A stretch of DNA of 64,000 bases from NCBI GenBank assembly GCA_040954595.2, contig CM082578.2:18370728-18434727 (forward strand), read 5' to 3'. Made by a program: the position numbers and the translations under genes. The notes under the pieces are model-generated. The model was not told the DNA's origin, ran no database searches, and saw nothing but the letters and a program-made list of their open reading frames with translations. Origin of the DNA: Balanoglossus misakiensis (lineage: Eukaryota; Animalia; Hemichordata). Position 1 is the stretch's first letter, and every line of letters begins with the position of its first letter. This document shows positions 31,208 to 45,800 of the stretch, piece after piece.

Positions 31208-31249
31208 AAAACAATGGATTTGGACCAAACCATGGTGTGAAGGGGTTAA
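31208..31249 (-). mobile_element. TTAA MITE, partial copy
   Basis: aaacaatggatttggaccaaaccatggtgtgaaggggttaa. Confidence 0.6.
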
Positions 31250-33440
31250 TCTTGCATGGCAGTGTGTGGGTAGAATTGACATGAAGATATTTTATCACAT
31301 GTGTCGCACATTTATTTGGTACATGAATTGATATTCTGAAACCCTGATGTCTGAATTTGTGTACTGTCTGTAGCAGTTTGTTGCTGTGTGTAGAATGAAA
31401 TAGCGTGACCCTTTGTTTCTTCACATACATTGAACCAATCAAAATTCTCTTATCCCCTTGCATCATTCAGTAGAATTTATTTGGGCATGATTGAAAACTT
31501 TAATATTGAAAGTGCACCAAACCATTGGCCGGTTCACAAGAATAAGCATGGACAAAAGTGTAGTGAGAACAGACTACTTGAAGAGAATTTCAGGACAAAA
31601 AAACCCAGTAAGAAACAGGCTGTGCATTGAAGGTGTAGCAGACATTTGAAGAACGCATGGACTAAAAATAGCCAATGTATGTGGACTTCCTATCTACAAT
31701 CAATTCATTTTCTGCCCTCCATCTTCGAAAAATAGACTAACAGGTGAAACATTGGTGTGCAGTGACTTCAGTTTACAGTGTCAGGTGCTGTTAGCTTTAA
31801 TGGCATAGACACTGATTACCATTGATCTCGAAAATCTAAAAATAGAAACTGCATTGATTTCCGTCAGTGACATTACTGTTTTTTTAAGAGGCATTACGAT
31901 GCCAAAATGGTGGATGAGGCTTTTAGTAAAATGCAGAGTATTTAAAATTAAAACTGTGGCAAGACCCAGTGCTTCATATTTTCAAACAGATGTGTCTGGT
32001 ATATATTTTTTTTCATTTTCATCTGGGTGTAAGCGGATGCAAACATTGACTCGGCTGCAGGTATCTGATGGAACAGCTGCAGTCCGGGATTCACTTTTTC
32101 AGGGCCCACTGAGAAATTCAACAATTAATTACTGGTTTAACCATGCATATGTTGCCTTCATAATTCCATGTGCTGTGTCATTGTCTGTGCTTCCAGATTT
32201 GCCACGCGCTCAGCTCTGTTTGTCTGTGAAGGACTTGATCCTACTGCTGCTGGATGGACTTTAGATGGTCCGTTGTGCATAGAGCCATAATTGGCATCAA
32301 TAGTATAACTATAAGGAATGATTTGGTTTCCTGAAACTTCAAATGATGGAATTATTTTTGCAATTGTAACTTGCAATAACTGACATACATGTATGCGTCA
32401 AAGCACTCCCCACCTACATGCAATTTTATATTTTTCCAAAAAAGTATAACTTATGCCTAATTTATTATTTTGTCGATATTAATTGAAGTACATTAATTTA
32501 AGCTGGGGCCATTCAAGGCTGGGTTTTCTGATGGACAATTAAGACAAAAATTGAAATTTTGATGTGAGACTGTCCGTACAAAAACTGACAAGAATATTTT
32601 TTTGCAGTTGATATGTTGCCAAGTCAGCTATGCTCGGTTGTGCATTCTGCTTTTGTCTAGGGACCAGGCCTGGATGGGTCGGCACACGCAGACAAGCTGG
32701 CATTGACGTCATCCGATGCTAGTGAACATACTTAACATAGAGGAATCCACCATTGTTTTACAAGTGTGAGTGAGAAGTGACAGTGACAGTCCAAACAAGA
32801 AACACCTGGAATGAACCATTATCGGAGTTTCTCATTATTCCAGGCTTTCATTATTATTATTATTACCGTGATCCTACTGAGTTAAACCATATGTATATCT
32901 CACTGAATAATTGCTTTCCCCTGTCTGTGTTGATGAATTCATTGTTGTACATTGTGTGTATGGCGTCTGAGTCAGGCTGATGTTTTGTCATCCCCATAAT
33001 TAAATTTTCCAGGGTTTAAATAGAGGCACGGTTTTAGTTAAGTGCTGCTGATGTTATTTTCAAATAACTAATTCTTACTCTGTAGTTTCTTGAATATTTA
33101 TATTGATTGAGCCATTCTTTTTATAAATATTAACACCCACATTATCTTTTGATGAGAGAACTTGAATGCAGTGCCTGTCTACCAACCCAAGTTAACTGTC
33201 AGATGTAGATTCAATTTTCTCACTTGCTTGTCTGTTTGGCTGTTGCATTGGATAAAATGCTGTGCATGGCGCTCTGATGATTGGTGGTGATGATGATTAT
33301 GTTGATGATGAATTTGATGAAGTCGTTATGATGATTGATACCACACCACGACCTTTATGCACGTGGCCATAACTAGACTATACCGCCAGCATGACACTAT
33401 CACCACCACCATCACCACTTCTACCATTGCTGCCAATGTG

Positions 33441-33501
<61 letters not shown>

Positions 33502-33511
33502 CCATCATCAC

Positions 33512-33555
<44 letters not shown>

Positions 33556-33564
33556 CCATCATCA
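33441..33564. repeat. (ATC)n microsatellite with degenerate flanks
   Basis: About 40 ATC/ACC units; source of the poly-Met and poly-Ile ORFs. Confidence 0.95.
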
Positions 33565-35746
33565 TGAAATCGTCAGTCAGATTATGAAATGATTCTGAAA
33601 TCATTATCATAATGGAATGTTTAATGTGATGAAGAGACTTGTATATATAAAACAACTGGTAAACATGGATTATCATCATTACTAAGTCTATCATCATACA
33701 TGACATGTACACATGACCAATCATCATTATCATTAACTACATGTACTGTATCAAATACCATGATCCTAATTGTAACATGCTCATCCAGGTATGCCTTGGC
33801 AGTTACATGTTAATTAATGCAACCCCTCTGGTGTGTATGCAAGCTATACACCATGATCCCAATAAATACAGATATGCTCTGCATCACAGACGTGAAGCAA
33901 TATGTGTGGCTGCATAAATTAATGCAATGTAATTCGGCAAGTTACTCACAGCAGACATGGGTGTAACCGTTGCTTTGCATTGTGGGAGGACTGCAAAAGG
34001 GTCTCTTTTCGCGAAGTGCGTTTTCCTCTTTGTCAGTGCACCAGCCAAACTGCGAAGTAACACCTTCTCTCAGAATCCTGTTTCATGCTGTGCTTTTGTA
34101 TGTCACCTTTTTTGTGTATTTCGTTCCATCTGATGCAAATGTGAAGTTTATTGTGAGCACGCATGACATGGCTGACATTGCAACCTTTTCTCCTCAGTTA
34201 CAGTACAGCGGCAGTCGCTCGGAGAACACTAGAATGTGATTTTGTCATCCCAGGGTGTTGACCAGTAAACCTAACTTTATTTGCAGCAGTATGAGCAGTA
34301 ATTCCATCTGCACAGCAAAGAATAGCCACTAATTACAAACTCATCAAAAGATACATGTGTTGCCCATACATGTATGTAGACCATCCTCTTATTCTATTAT
34401 GCCAAAGCATTCAATTTACCAATTTCCTGAGCAGATACTAATCAACGTTCTATTGAAGATTTCATTTTATTTAGAGGAGAAAAATTGCAATAAGCTGAAA
34501 TATATTGTGTTATGTGTCGGCCACAGTGCGACTGTGCTGAGAGGTGAAGAGTCTTGTTGGTGGATGGGTGGTTGTAAGAAAGATTTAATGTTAAACATTT
34601 ATGGTGTACAGAATTTCTCTTCCTTAGTTTCACCTCTTTTGTCTCAGTGATTCAGATGAAAATGTGGTGCCTGCTCCTTCTGTAGTATTCTGGTTGTTTT
34701 CTCCAACGTCTTTTTCAAAGTGGTCGGGTATTTTTAATAGAACACAAATGCGAGGCAAGTTTATAGGAGTTTTTAAGAAGTTTGACATAACGCCTGTGCC
34801 TAACATGTAAATTATAAACCCATTTACAACTTCAGTTTAAATTGTTATGATTTTATTATTCGCTAGCAGAAGTTACCAGTTATATTTTCAGACATTTTCA
34901 AGGTATAGATTGTATTCATCTGGTAGTGTTTGCAGTCAACATATCATCGAGCTGAAAATAAAACCCTGGGCCCTGTCCATAACTCTACTGATCTCTAATT
35001 CTGGAGAGGGCAAATATTTGGGGATGGTCTATATCTAGCCACAAGTGTGTTTGTGGAAACCGTCATCAAATGTCATCAAATCTCCGTTAAGCTCTTCGCT
35101 CAATACCGAAGTTTGTGTGATTTTAGGTTTTGGGCGATTGTCATGAGTGGTGAGTGATGTTCGGTTTGTACAGTCGCTCCTGTGTTTGACCAAAATTGTT
35201 GAATATTTGAGTAGAGTCAGTATCTTGTTGACATGTAGAACTTTCATCTACATGATGTGAAATGGAAGCAATTACACGTATCAAGGGTATTGACAGGAAA
35301 AGGAAATAGTTTCAACTGGACAAGGGTTAAAGTTGTCCATTCACCTCTGAGTCACATAAGCCCATCTACATGTAGTGTTAAAAGGAGCATGCTTTCATGA
35401 CCATCTTGTGGCCTCTGTTTTGCATTTCTCCCAAGTGACAATTTGTAAATGGCTAGATTGGCTATATTCATGATATATGTAACTAGATTTATACTGGGGA
35501 CTACATTTGTATTTGCCTTTAAAATCTTTACTGAAAGGCATTGGGACTTCGAATATTTCCATCTCAGCATCATCTTTGTTCAGTCTTGATCTTAATTTTG
35601 CACATGTAGTTGGTGACAAGAAGCATTCATACATGTATACATGTATCTACATCAAATTTTCCAAACAGCAAGAAAAGCTATATCATGTGATTTGAAACAG
35701 TTGCTGGGAAATTTACTGGCCATGAAAGGAACATGATGGGTAGTAG

Positions 35747-35834
35747 CCCTTTCACACACCCAGTTACCTCTATAGAGGTCAATTTTTACCGTAGAAAACA
35801 GTGAATTTTGACCAAACCAGGGTGGTGAAAGGGG
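35747..35834 (-). mobile_element. TTAA MITE family, degenerate copy
   Basis: ccctttcac...cctctatagaggtc...gaccaaaccagggtggtgaaaggg. Confidence 0.65.
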
Positions 35835-38800
35835 TATGATGGGTGAGATGCAGCATTCAATAAAACTAATAGCCACCCGACCGATTGCCCCTTTCCCGTC
35901 AGGAATAATTCATGCAGAGTTTTAGTGAGCCACATCAAAAGTCAAGATGGTTTGACCTTTGTCCGTATTACCACAGACATGTCCCTGCTGCATATATTCT
36001 CAGAATTCAAAGACAGTCAGTTCAGAAATTAAATGTCAGGCAGTCTCAGAAGAACCAGTAATTACATGTGTTGAAGTAGTCTCTTAGTTTACGACTGTTG
36101 CGTGTTAGTGTCAGTTGGCAAGCGTGATGAAGTTGCTCAATGAAACTTGAAAGGACGGTAATGCCTATGAAGTGGTTGGCTCAGAATGGAAATTCGTCTC
36201 TCAAACGGATGTGTCTGAAATCCGTATCAGACACGTCAGGATAAGGGTTAGTTGATGTCACTGCGCGAATAGTTGTGGGAATTTTCAGATCTTCAGTCTA
36301 GTTTTTTGGAATAATGGTAATCCAACAAGTGGGATGGAGCACATAGAGAGTTTATGTAGCATTCCATTCATGGTTTGTTCTATGGGGAAACACTCTAGAG
36401 TAGCAAGCTCGTATTGTGGAAAGTCAATTTGATGCTACATTTTCTCTGTTTACAAAATAATTGTGTTACTCGATGTGAATGTTCTATGCCAGGGGGCTGT
36501 GTGAAAACACCCTCCTCTACCCCAATGCAGTGTTCTATATTTTTTTAAGAACAGAACGCAGTTGATGGCGACACTAAATCATGAATGACCAGAATTACAT
36601 TTGATCTTTTGACTTGATTATTTAATAAAATTGGTGGAATAAACATTTGCTTTCACAATGCCATAGAGAATCTTCAACCAAATTGTTAGATTGTAGAGAT
36701 TGTGAGGAAAAAACCCCACCATGTACATATCACTTGCGAGTGTGCTTCCACACATTATATTCTATGACCATTTTACTGAACACACGTATGGGTATGTTGA
36801 TTTGAGCTGGCGGGCAGAAGGCAACTGGACATGGTTGCCAAAAATACCAGCACAGTATAGTCGAGAATCCAGTCCAAATACAGCGTCACATGCTATATAT
36901 GTTAAAGTTAATCAAATATTCCCAGGCACCTGACTGCAGTCTACATGAATGTCTACCACTAAGTACCAGTAACTGTAAGTGATCAGCAAAATAGGCTTAC
37001 AGTAACTGTCTGTACATTTGGGTGTGTTTTAATTTCATAAAGGCATCTGATCTATTCAGTATTGATGAAATGTTTGCACATCAGATATGACGCAGATACT
37101 GTTACCAGACCCTGTTGACCTTATTTTAATAGAATATTTCATTGAATACCAAAAATAATACCGTAATAGCAGTCTGCAAACTCTGCATGTAAATTTGGTA
37201 CAATAATGGAATATTCCTTGTCTTGATCAGGAACTAAAACTGAAGTTAATATGAATTCAAATACAATTTAATTACATGTACCTTTAACATTCAAAGAATG
37301 TGAGAATCTATTTGGGCACTGAGTGCACAAATATAAATGCCTTTTGCGAGTTCTAAAATGAAAAACAAAAAAGTATGAACTGATCCTTTTGCCCAGATGC
37401 TTAATAATTTTCAGATAAAGAGTGTTATGTAAGTTACCTAGAGCATAGAACAGGGATTTAAATTTTGCATACATCTAGGCATGTCAATCCACCCATGCTG
37501 CCATTATTTCATTTAGCTATGCCTCGCCCGATGTCTTGCAAAGGTAGCAAAAGATAGCACACTTACAGGTCCATGTATGACGTACATACCCGTATGGATG
37601 TCCGTTTTCTTTTGTGCAGTCAAGCTTTCTTCAATGGGCAAAATATGCCTGGTATGCTTTCAATTTTCTTCACAGAATGCCCATTGTAGGGAGCAATATA
37701 TAAATAGATTGAATTTTTATAAGGCCGGTTTTCTTTTAATAGCAGGTTTACTTTGGCAGCAGATTTCTTTAACTGCTGCGTGCGGATATTAGAATATCAA
37801 TAGAAAATAATGGGTCGGGGCTATACAGTGAATCAAATATGCTGTGATCAGCATAATCTGGTTTTCAGCCATGTTAAATTGTTGGATTACTCTTGTAGAG
37901 AACTTGAGCATAAGCAAAGTAACATGCATATGTTACTTTTACCATGTGTAAAGGGGGTTGGTCAAGTAGTCATGCAATAAGTGCCAGACTACTGTAATGG
38001 TAGTTACCTCACCCTTCTCATCATCATCATGACTAGCTTATAAGGAAACAGGCCTTTTATGAGGTGTCAAACTTCAAAGGGGAGGTGACCAGCCACTGGC
38101 TTGTATGAACATTAAAGTTGGCTGCTGTGGCCATCATCTGGTGACAGGTGGCCCCAATAAAGAAAACTGGCCACACCGACTGATACCATGAGTAGCACAG
38201 GGTGCCAATAAAAATGGCCATAATTCAAAGTGAAACATCAGTTGCATATGAACAGAGAGCAGAATGATGAGCAAGAGATCGAATTCACAAAGATGAACGG
38301 GTGACACCACCTGAAATCCATTGCATCTAGTACATAGCACCATAGCTATGTACATGATTGTGCCATTTATACCATGAGGTATAGACTACTTAATTATAAG
38401 CATGTAAATATAATCTGCACAAAATTATGACAAAATTTCTGTACTTGCTGCATAATCCTGCATTTAATTTAATTATTTTTTTTTGCTTCATGGGAGAATT
38501 TGTGTTGTATGATGTTGTTCTCGTGATATCAACCCAATATCGACCATGTTTGCTACATTTTTGCAAAAACACCCTTTTTTTGCCAGTCCCAAAATTTCAT
38601 CTCCTCAGCGCTCTCTGACCCTGCAGTTTGCTGGATGGATATTTTTTATCATTTGGATTAAAGGGTGAACCTGAAAAAGGACAGATTTCGCAATTAGTGT
38701 ATGCTGTCCATAAATCAAATGTATGACAGAATGAGGAATGAGCAATCACAGCTGGTTAAAGGAGTACATTTGTGGCACATGCAAAATGTCACACAATCTT

Positions 38801-38837
38801 GGCACAGACTTTTATGAGAATACAGATATTTTTCGAT

Positions 38838-38839
<2 letters not shown>

Positions 38840-38882
<43 letters not shown>
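38840..38882. repeat. (CA)n microsatellite
   Basis: About 21 CA units. Confidence 0.95.
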
Positions 38883-38885
<3 letters not shown>

Positions 38886-39481
38886 CATTTATCACAGAGC
38901 ATCTCAAGTAACCATGTTGCAATTCTTTGTTGGCATCTAGTCTTATTGGTAAAGTGAAATCTATCAAACTGAACTGAACACAGATCTGTTTGTCTGGATA
39001 TGTGACGTGTCAATCGTTTAGGAATTTTGGTTACAATGCAGAATTTTTTTGAACATTTTCTGTTGCTATATATCCAATATGGCTGCCAGCGGCTTTCATA
39101 TCTTGATCCATTTCTCAAGCATTCACATTGGTCAAAGGTGGCTCAAGGGCAAGTGTATAATGACATACACAATATTCAGTTTGTGATATGATATGATCCA
39201 ATATGACTGCTGATTATAAATAATGCGCATGTCAAAATGGTATCAACAGCTTTGAGTTAGCCACTTTCTGATTGGTTTAGTAGTTTACTTTGAAAAAAGG
39301 AGATTTCCTATGGTGCCGGTTCAGACGTAGAGGCATCTCTTAAAACACATCTTGTGACTACAAAGAGATTTTTCACACTATGATTTTAATAATCACGATG
39401 CATTTCAATGCATCAAAGACTACTTTTATGTGCACCCTGAGAATTACAGAGTGAAATACCTAGAAAATTTATTTTTTTCAG

Positions 39482-39530
39482 GGCTCATTTGACAGAAGTA
39501 GACAGGCTCTCATTTCACATCCAAGACTAG
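39482..39530 (+). other. Candidate 49-nt non-coding exon of the downstream gene
   Basis: tttttttcag| acceptor and TAG|gtgagt donor; no ATG inside. Confidence 0.35.
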
Positions 39531-39715
39531 GTGAGTCACTCTGTTAATTTATTTTGTCCTTCACCTGAAAAAATGCTTATGATTGTGTTCTATGAAAAGG
39601 ACATATTGTGAACTTGAGCTGAATCAGCAAACAGCTGTGTGTGTGACTGACTGCTATGTCCCTGTGTACAAGCACCGTAAGGCAAAAAAATAACTTCACT
39701 GCAATTTCATAACTA

Positions 39716-39896
39716 CAGTCAAACCCTTCTTAGTGGCCACCCCTATATAGCAGTCACCTCTATATAGTGGCCACTTTGTTACAGTCCCTGTGCAATTCAC
39801 ATGCATGTTAATTAACCTAGATATATAAAGGTCACCTCTCTATAAAGGCCAGTTTAGGAAAGTCCCTTGACTGGCCACTATAAACAGGTCTGACTG
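39716..39896. mobile_element. Tc1/mariner-pogo type MITE with TA target duplication
   Basis: ta-CAGTCAAACC...tagtggcca and tggccacta...GGTCTGACTG-ta terminal inverted repeats; internal repeated ggccac/gtcacctc units. Confidence 0.8.
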
Positions 39897-42800
39897 TATT
39901 GGCTATTGCCGAAACTACATTGTATACAATTTACATATGGAGTTGGTACATGAATGTGGATTCCATGTAGGTGAAAAGGTGAATGAACCATTAAGGTTTC
40001 AAGGTTCTTATCAAGAAACATGTACAATATTGTATCTTTGTGCATCAAATCATGGTACTTGACAAGTAGTAGAACTTTGTTATTGCAAGTTAAATTTCAT
40101 TTATTTCAAAATGGTTCCCTGGATTGACCCTTTGACCCCAGCTTGGGAGAACACTTCCGAATGATGCCATAGCCTTGTCAGGGGTCCAGGTTGTAAAGGT
40201 GAATACCTGTGGGGAAACTTGTTGGGGAGAAAAACATACTCTTGACTGAGCTCCCAGCAAAGGATGCAGATTTATAAATGTGAGAGATATATCAGACTTT
40301 TTAAGGCTATATGTTTCCTTACATTTAGGTCAGTTAATGTGTGCTGGCCCGATTCTCCAAATGGATGTCTGGAATGAGATTTTGCTGTAAATCGTGGAAT
40401 TTATGACAGATATGATAAAAACTCCAAAGTAATCATTTGTTTAAAGTCGATTTGAATTACACGATACAGCATTAGAACAAATGACTGCGCTTGCTCTGTC
40501 TGTGTGTCTGCTGAGTGATTGATGAATTTGAAGTAGGTTTTAGCATGCATGAGTTAGTTTGTCGTGAGTAACTGAACTGCTGGCATTGCTCTTGTAAGTG
40601 GCGATATAAACTATTTCAAATTAATTGTAATTTGGACGTTTGAAGTTGAGAATTGCAATATTTCACTATTGATTGTGACTGGGAGAAGCATTTTTCATTT
40701 TATGTGACTCCCCCCCCCCCCCCTTCTTGCAATCAAGTACTTGTCCAAGCAGAGTGGTGTTTTGGCAGTACATGTATTTAATTTCTTATTGGATGGAAAT
40801 AGTTTATAGCAGTGCAGTGTGTACCTGTTTATGCAAATGTATCATACACATAATTAGTAAATAAATTCAGTTTGTTTGGTTTCATCTCCTGTCAATCATC
40901 CCCGGAGGGTGCTGGCCACGCTGCATGCCTGCTCATAGAATCCCATTTACATGGCCTTAAATAATGACTCTTATGTCAGTAGTTGCATCACAGAGATTGA
41001 TAAGAAATTTTGTGGTGAAAAATACACAGTGTGTGTAGTGGCAGCTGAAGTGATGATTTGGAATGTTGGAATGATTGTATTGGGTTTTCAGCGTCGCAAA
41101 TTAATGAACAAATCCGCTCGTTGGTGCTCAATAGGAGAACTGTTTTTCTCTGCCACATAGGAGATGTTGACGCTTATAATTTTAATCTCTAAATTCCCAC
41201 TTACAGTACTAGAGAATAGTTCAGCAATCTGCCCGAAAATGCTGTTACAATGCTCATCAAGCGAGCAGCCAAAATCACCAAATGATCACTCAAATAAAGT
41301 ATTTGAATTGAGAACGAAAAAACGTAACAAGCTCTGCAAAATCAATGGATAGATAAGGCTTGTCTGGGCAAACCGAGAAATCACAATGAAAATATTCCTA
41401 CCTTGCAGTAATGGCAACGGTAACCCTGATGCAATCAATCGTTTGGGCTTAATCTAAAAATAGAATGGCCTATTTTATATGGAGTCTTTATAGAGGGATC
41501 AACATCAGAGGGAGACAGAGCCGAGAATACAAATACGGGTTACTTTCTATTTTATTACTCCCCAATTTCAACATCCCAGAGGCAGCATTCTAAATTTAGA
41601 TCTCGTTTGTTTGAAATCACATTGCTGGTGCTTTAAAAGGTTTCATTTACTTTGCTAAAAGAGTGTGTGTGTGTGGTGTTAGCACATCTGGATTGATTTG
41701 CTTACAAAAAAGCTTGGCATATACCGTAGATAGGCAGTCAGTGTTATTTTGTACCTGCAGCTTGTTACTGGGCCTAGCTGCTGGGAGGGTTTTGCTGTTA
41801 TAGATTTTATTTTAAAAAATCGAAAAGAATATACTGGTTTATTTGATAATCTGACAATTTATTATGTTTACCGACTAAATTACTGTGGATTTTACAATCT
41901 CATTTAGGTATTCAGCATATCAATATTATTCAAAGTAGATAATATCAGGTGATGGTATAATCATATGAAAGAAGGCCAGATATTCCACACAGAGCAAGTG
42001 CTGCTATTACCGTAAAATGAAATCATGGGTGAGACAGTTTGATGCAGCAAGTGGAATTGGCCAAATTTACATAACTGGATTAAAATGAATAAAATCACTG
42101 TAAGTGCAGGTATTTCCGTGTTTTAAAAATAATCACATTTGAAAAATGGAATTTGTTCTTCTCCATCATACCACCCAGCCCCGGGAATATAATGTTGAAG
42201 TCCGAGAGTGTGGGCAGCTGATGTATAGAGGGCGCCATCACAGTCACGGTATTCATCGTTTACAACTTGTGAGTGCACCAGGCTTGTGGGTGTACCTGTA
42301 CACATTACCGTCAACTTCCTGTCAGATTTTTCTGCAAAGAATCTGTTGTCTTGGATCAGCTGGTTGACAATCTGGTGTCAGAAACTGTCTTTAGTCAAAT
42401 AGTTGTTTAGTGTGACCGTTTTCATACACGTAACCTGTCCTTATTTGTGATGCTGTGCTTGCTTCCCTTTCTTTAATGTCATGAACTGTTTGTTACTTAA
42501 AGGAGACCCCCTTGTTTAATTCATGCAGTGACCCTCGCTGACCTGCGTAATTTTAGTGAAGATTTATCATGTTGCTCTGAGCATTGGAGAGATTTCAAGA
42601 TAGCAATGATAAAGAAAGGATGTTAAAAGCTATAGTGATCAGTGAGTGGGAGGAAGGAGACTGACAGAATCAGAATTTTATCTTAAGCTGCATTTTATTT
42701 TTTTACTGCAAAGGGTTTCCTACTGTACTGCTTATTCGTGTTATTGGGTTTAGAATTGTACAATTTGGACTTTATACCAAACTGAGAATGAGATTACAAT

Positions 42801-45800
42801 CTTAGAATTATAATCTTGTTTTGTCTTGTTAGAAACATGATTTCTGATATTTTAGTATTAAGTTCTATAAGAAAACAAAGTTATGGTTCAAAACCGCTAA
42901 GTATGAAAGGAAATCAATTTCGAGATCTGCAGAATATTGCTCTGCATATTTTCATGATAAAAGAAATTAATTTAATAACTTGCGTAATGGCACATTTATG
43001 TTGATTATTGATGACATTACACTATCTCATTAAAATTCAGAATGCAAGTGTAAATTTTAGCCTGAAAATCATCCCTAGTCCACCTGAGACAAGTTCATTA
43101 TAGAACTGCCTGTCAAAATGTGTCAAATAACCGGTACTGGTAAGTACTGGAACCTGTTCCTGAATTATTGACTACTATTCACAGAGCCAGTCTTTATTGC
43201 CTTTTTTGAATTCCCCAGAAAAACTCCAAATATATTTCAAAGGGCAAAAACACTACTAGTACGTTTTATTAGGTAGATCTCTGTTTCCAGGGGCATTCTT
43301 CCCTATTATATTCTTTGGGTGACCAGTTCAGTCATTTTATAGCGCTATTAGTGAAGTAAATCTAACATAAAACTGTAGAATATTATACTGATAGATGGTA
43401 GTAAAAATAAACAGGTACTAGTATATAAGCTGTATCAAAAGTCAATTAGAAAAAATGAATCCAGTTTTATTTTTGTTGTAAATATTTTCATGTCTGCAAT
43501 GACAATTATTTATCAAAATTTTTTGGTTTCTGCTGTCTTTTAATAGAGTTGGATTTATACAAGATTCTTTTTCTGCTATAATTTCAGGAGTCAGTCGTGG
43601 AAATAAAAGAAACATGTGAACATGTATAATGTGTACCTGTAAACTAATCTGTCTTGAATATTTAAACTGCATGGGTGTTTTGTTTTACTGCGTTGTATTT
43701 CAACGCACTCACAGTCCCAGTCATCTATTGATTTAAATTTTTAAATTCCCGGTAAATAGATATACAAGAAACTGGGATTTGTGGAACAACTTTTAATACT
43801 TGGTCGGCTGATATAACAAATGATTTGGGTAAAAACTATCCGGCCATCTGTTCTGTATGTTGAGCTCATCCATCATAAAAGATGATATTGTCTTCAGTGA
43901 ACCGATCAATAGTTTATGTCTTAATTTTAGAAAAGTAAATGCTTACAGATTAGTTATTCTGCTGTGGTCTCGCCCCGCTGGAGGTCGCTTCAATGGAAAT
44001 AATTTTCATTAAAGAAAAAAAATTGGTTTCAAGTGATTGAAATTCTTCATTTGTAGTTGTTGCTGGCTGTTATGTGCATGCTTGTAAAATGTTCCCTCGT
44101 TGAACAATTCCCCTAGTTTGTATCCACTGCAGTTGATGACGTTTGATGCAAAACAAAAACAAATATTGTATTTTTCAAAAATGAATACGGTAAAAGTGAA
44201 TTCACATAACAAATACCTTGCACTGCATAAATTACAATTTACAGATTAAATTTTTTCTTTATCCATTTTGTCAATGGAGGAATATTTTGAGCTTGGATTT
44301 TTTTTCACAACAGACTATGAATTGTCATCATTTCTGAGTAATATTGTTTGGTTACTTATGTCAACATGTAATATAACTGAATCAGGGTAATACTGCTGTG
44401 TTACTTCTGTAAATATCTAATTTGACAAGAGTCAGGGCAATGTCAAAATGCCGTTTGGGTTATTCGCATAAGGATTAGTCACACAACTGCAGCTGTTGTT
44501 TGTGAGACCTGAACAATTCCTTCATACGTTAAATCAGTGCGCAAATCAAACGTTGACGCTTTAAAGCAATCCTGGAAGATCTGAGTGTATATTAGTTTGA
44601 AATATAAATAGTATAAAAAGTGCCTAGATAAACATGATGTTATTAGATTTTTCAACTCAACAAAAAATCGCAAAATTGCCTTTTGGTTTTTGTTCGAATT
44701 GTAAGAGCCACCGTTTGTATCTAGACAAGTGCCTTTTTTTTCATTCAGTTATTTTACTTCAAATGGTGTTATGCTTTTGCAGGTGACTGTGTGCATGTGA
44801 TTGTCAGCCATCTTTATCTATTGCACCCGTTGGATGCCGGTTTCTGCTCCGCCATAATCTTTTGCTTTCTCTCATTTCAATCAAGACGTAAGACATGCAT
44901 GACCCCAGTGCATTGTGGGAAATCCTTTGGACGTTTTTAAGTCTTCCATGGGTATGGTGTGGCTGTGCTGTCCTGGCGGTTTTAATCCTCGGTGATTAGC
45001 TTTAAAGGTCCTGACTTTTCCCGTGGGCAAGGTAAGACCTTGAGCAGGGGAAGGGGTTGTGTTCCCCAAATTGACAACTGGATTCAAGGGGAGGGATCAA
45101 TAGAGGGATTGTTGGTTCATAGGAATGATGTAATGAGATGAGACATGCTTAAATAATAGAGATCGTGTAGGTGTGTGTGTATGTGTGTGTGTTAGGGGAG
45201 ATTGTCTGCAATATGAAATATGCTGTATGTTATAATGTAGCTGTTTATGTGTGTCATCATCTGTGAATAGAAAGTTATGATTAAATGTTGGTAGGGGTAT
45301 GGATAATATTTGGTTGATGAGTCTGCTTAGTAAATAGAATGCCTTTGTCAGATTTCGCACCCAGATCAAGGTAACTAAACTACAGTGTGTGCATTCAGAA
45401 GAGCCGATCATTTGGGATACATGTACCTAAATGATAGCAAGGAGAGTGAGTGATTTTATCTACGTGTAAAGCTTGACTAAACGGCAGTGATTCACAAGCG
45501 ACAGGCCTTGTCGACTACTTGTTTCACTTGCATGCCAGTTGCTCTTTAGAAGTGTACATGCTAGGCTACTACAGTGAAGCTGCTCTGATTTTATTTAGGA
45601 TTTTTTCCAGGGACTTTATTTTGTGTCCGTGTTTGCTTGGATATTATCTGTATATTCCCTGTTCCTTGTAGTCTCCAGTGTGGCTTTTGGTCAGACTATA
45701 TGCTAGGGAGGAAGGGCTGAGCACGCTTTACGGAAAATAATGCATGTCGCAACAGCAGAATACCCTGAGCCATGCCCCATTTTATGCAGAGGCCATGTGC

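Noticed and set aside
33326-33733. Poly-Met and poly-Ile ORFs
   Set aside because: They are translations of the (ATC)n microsatellite
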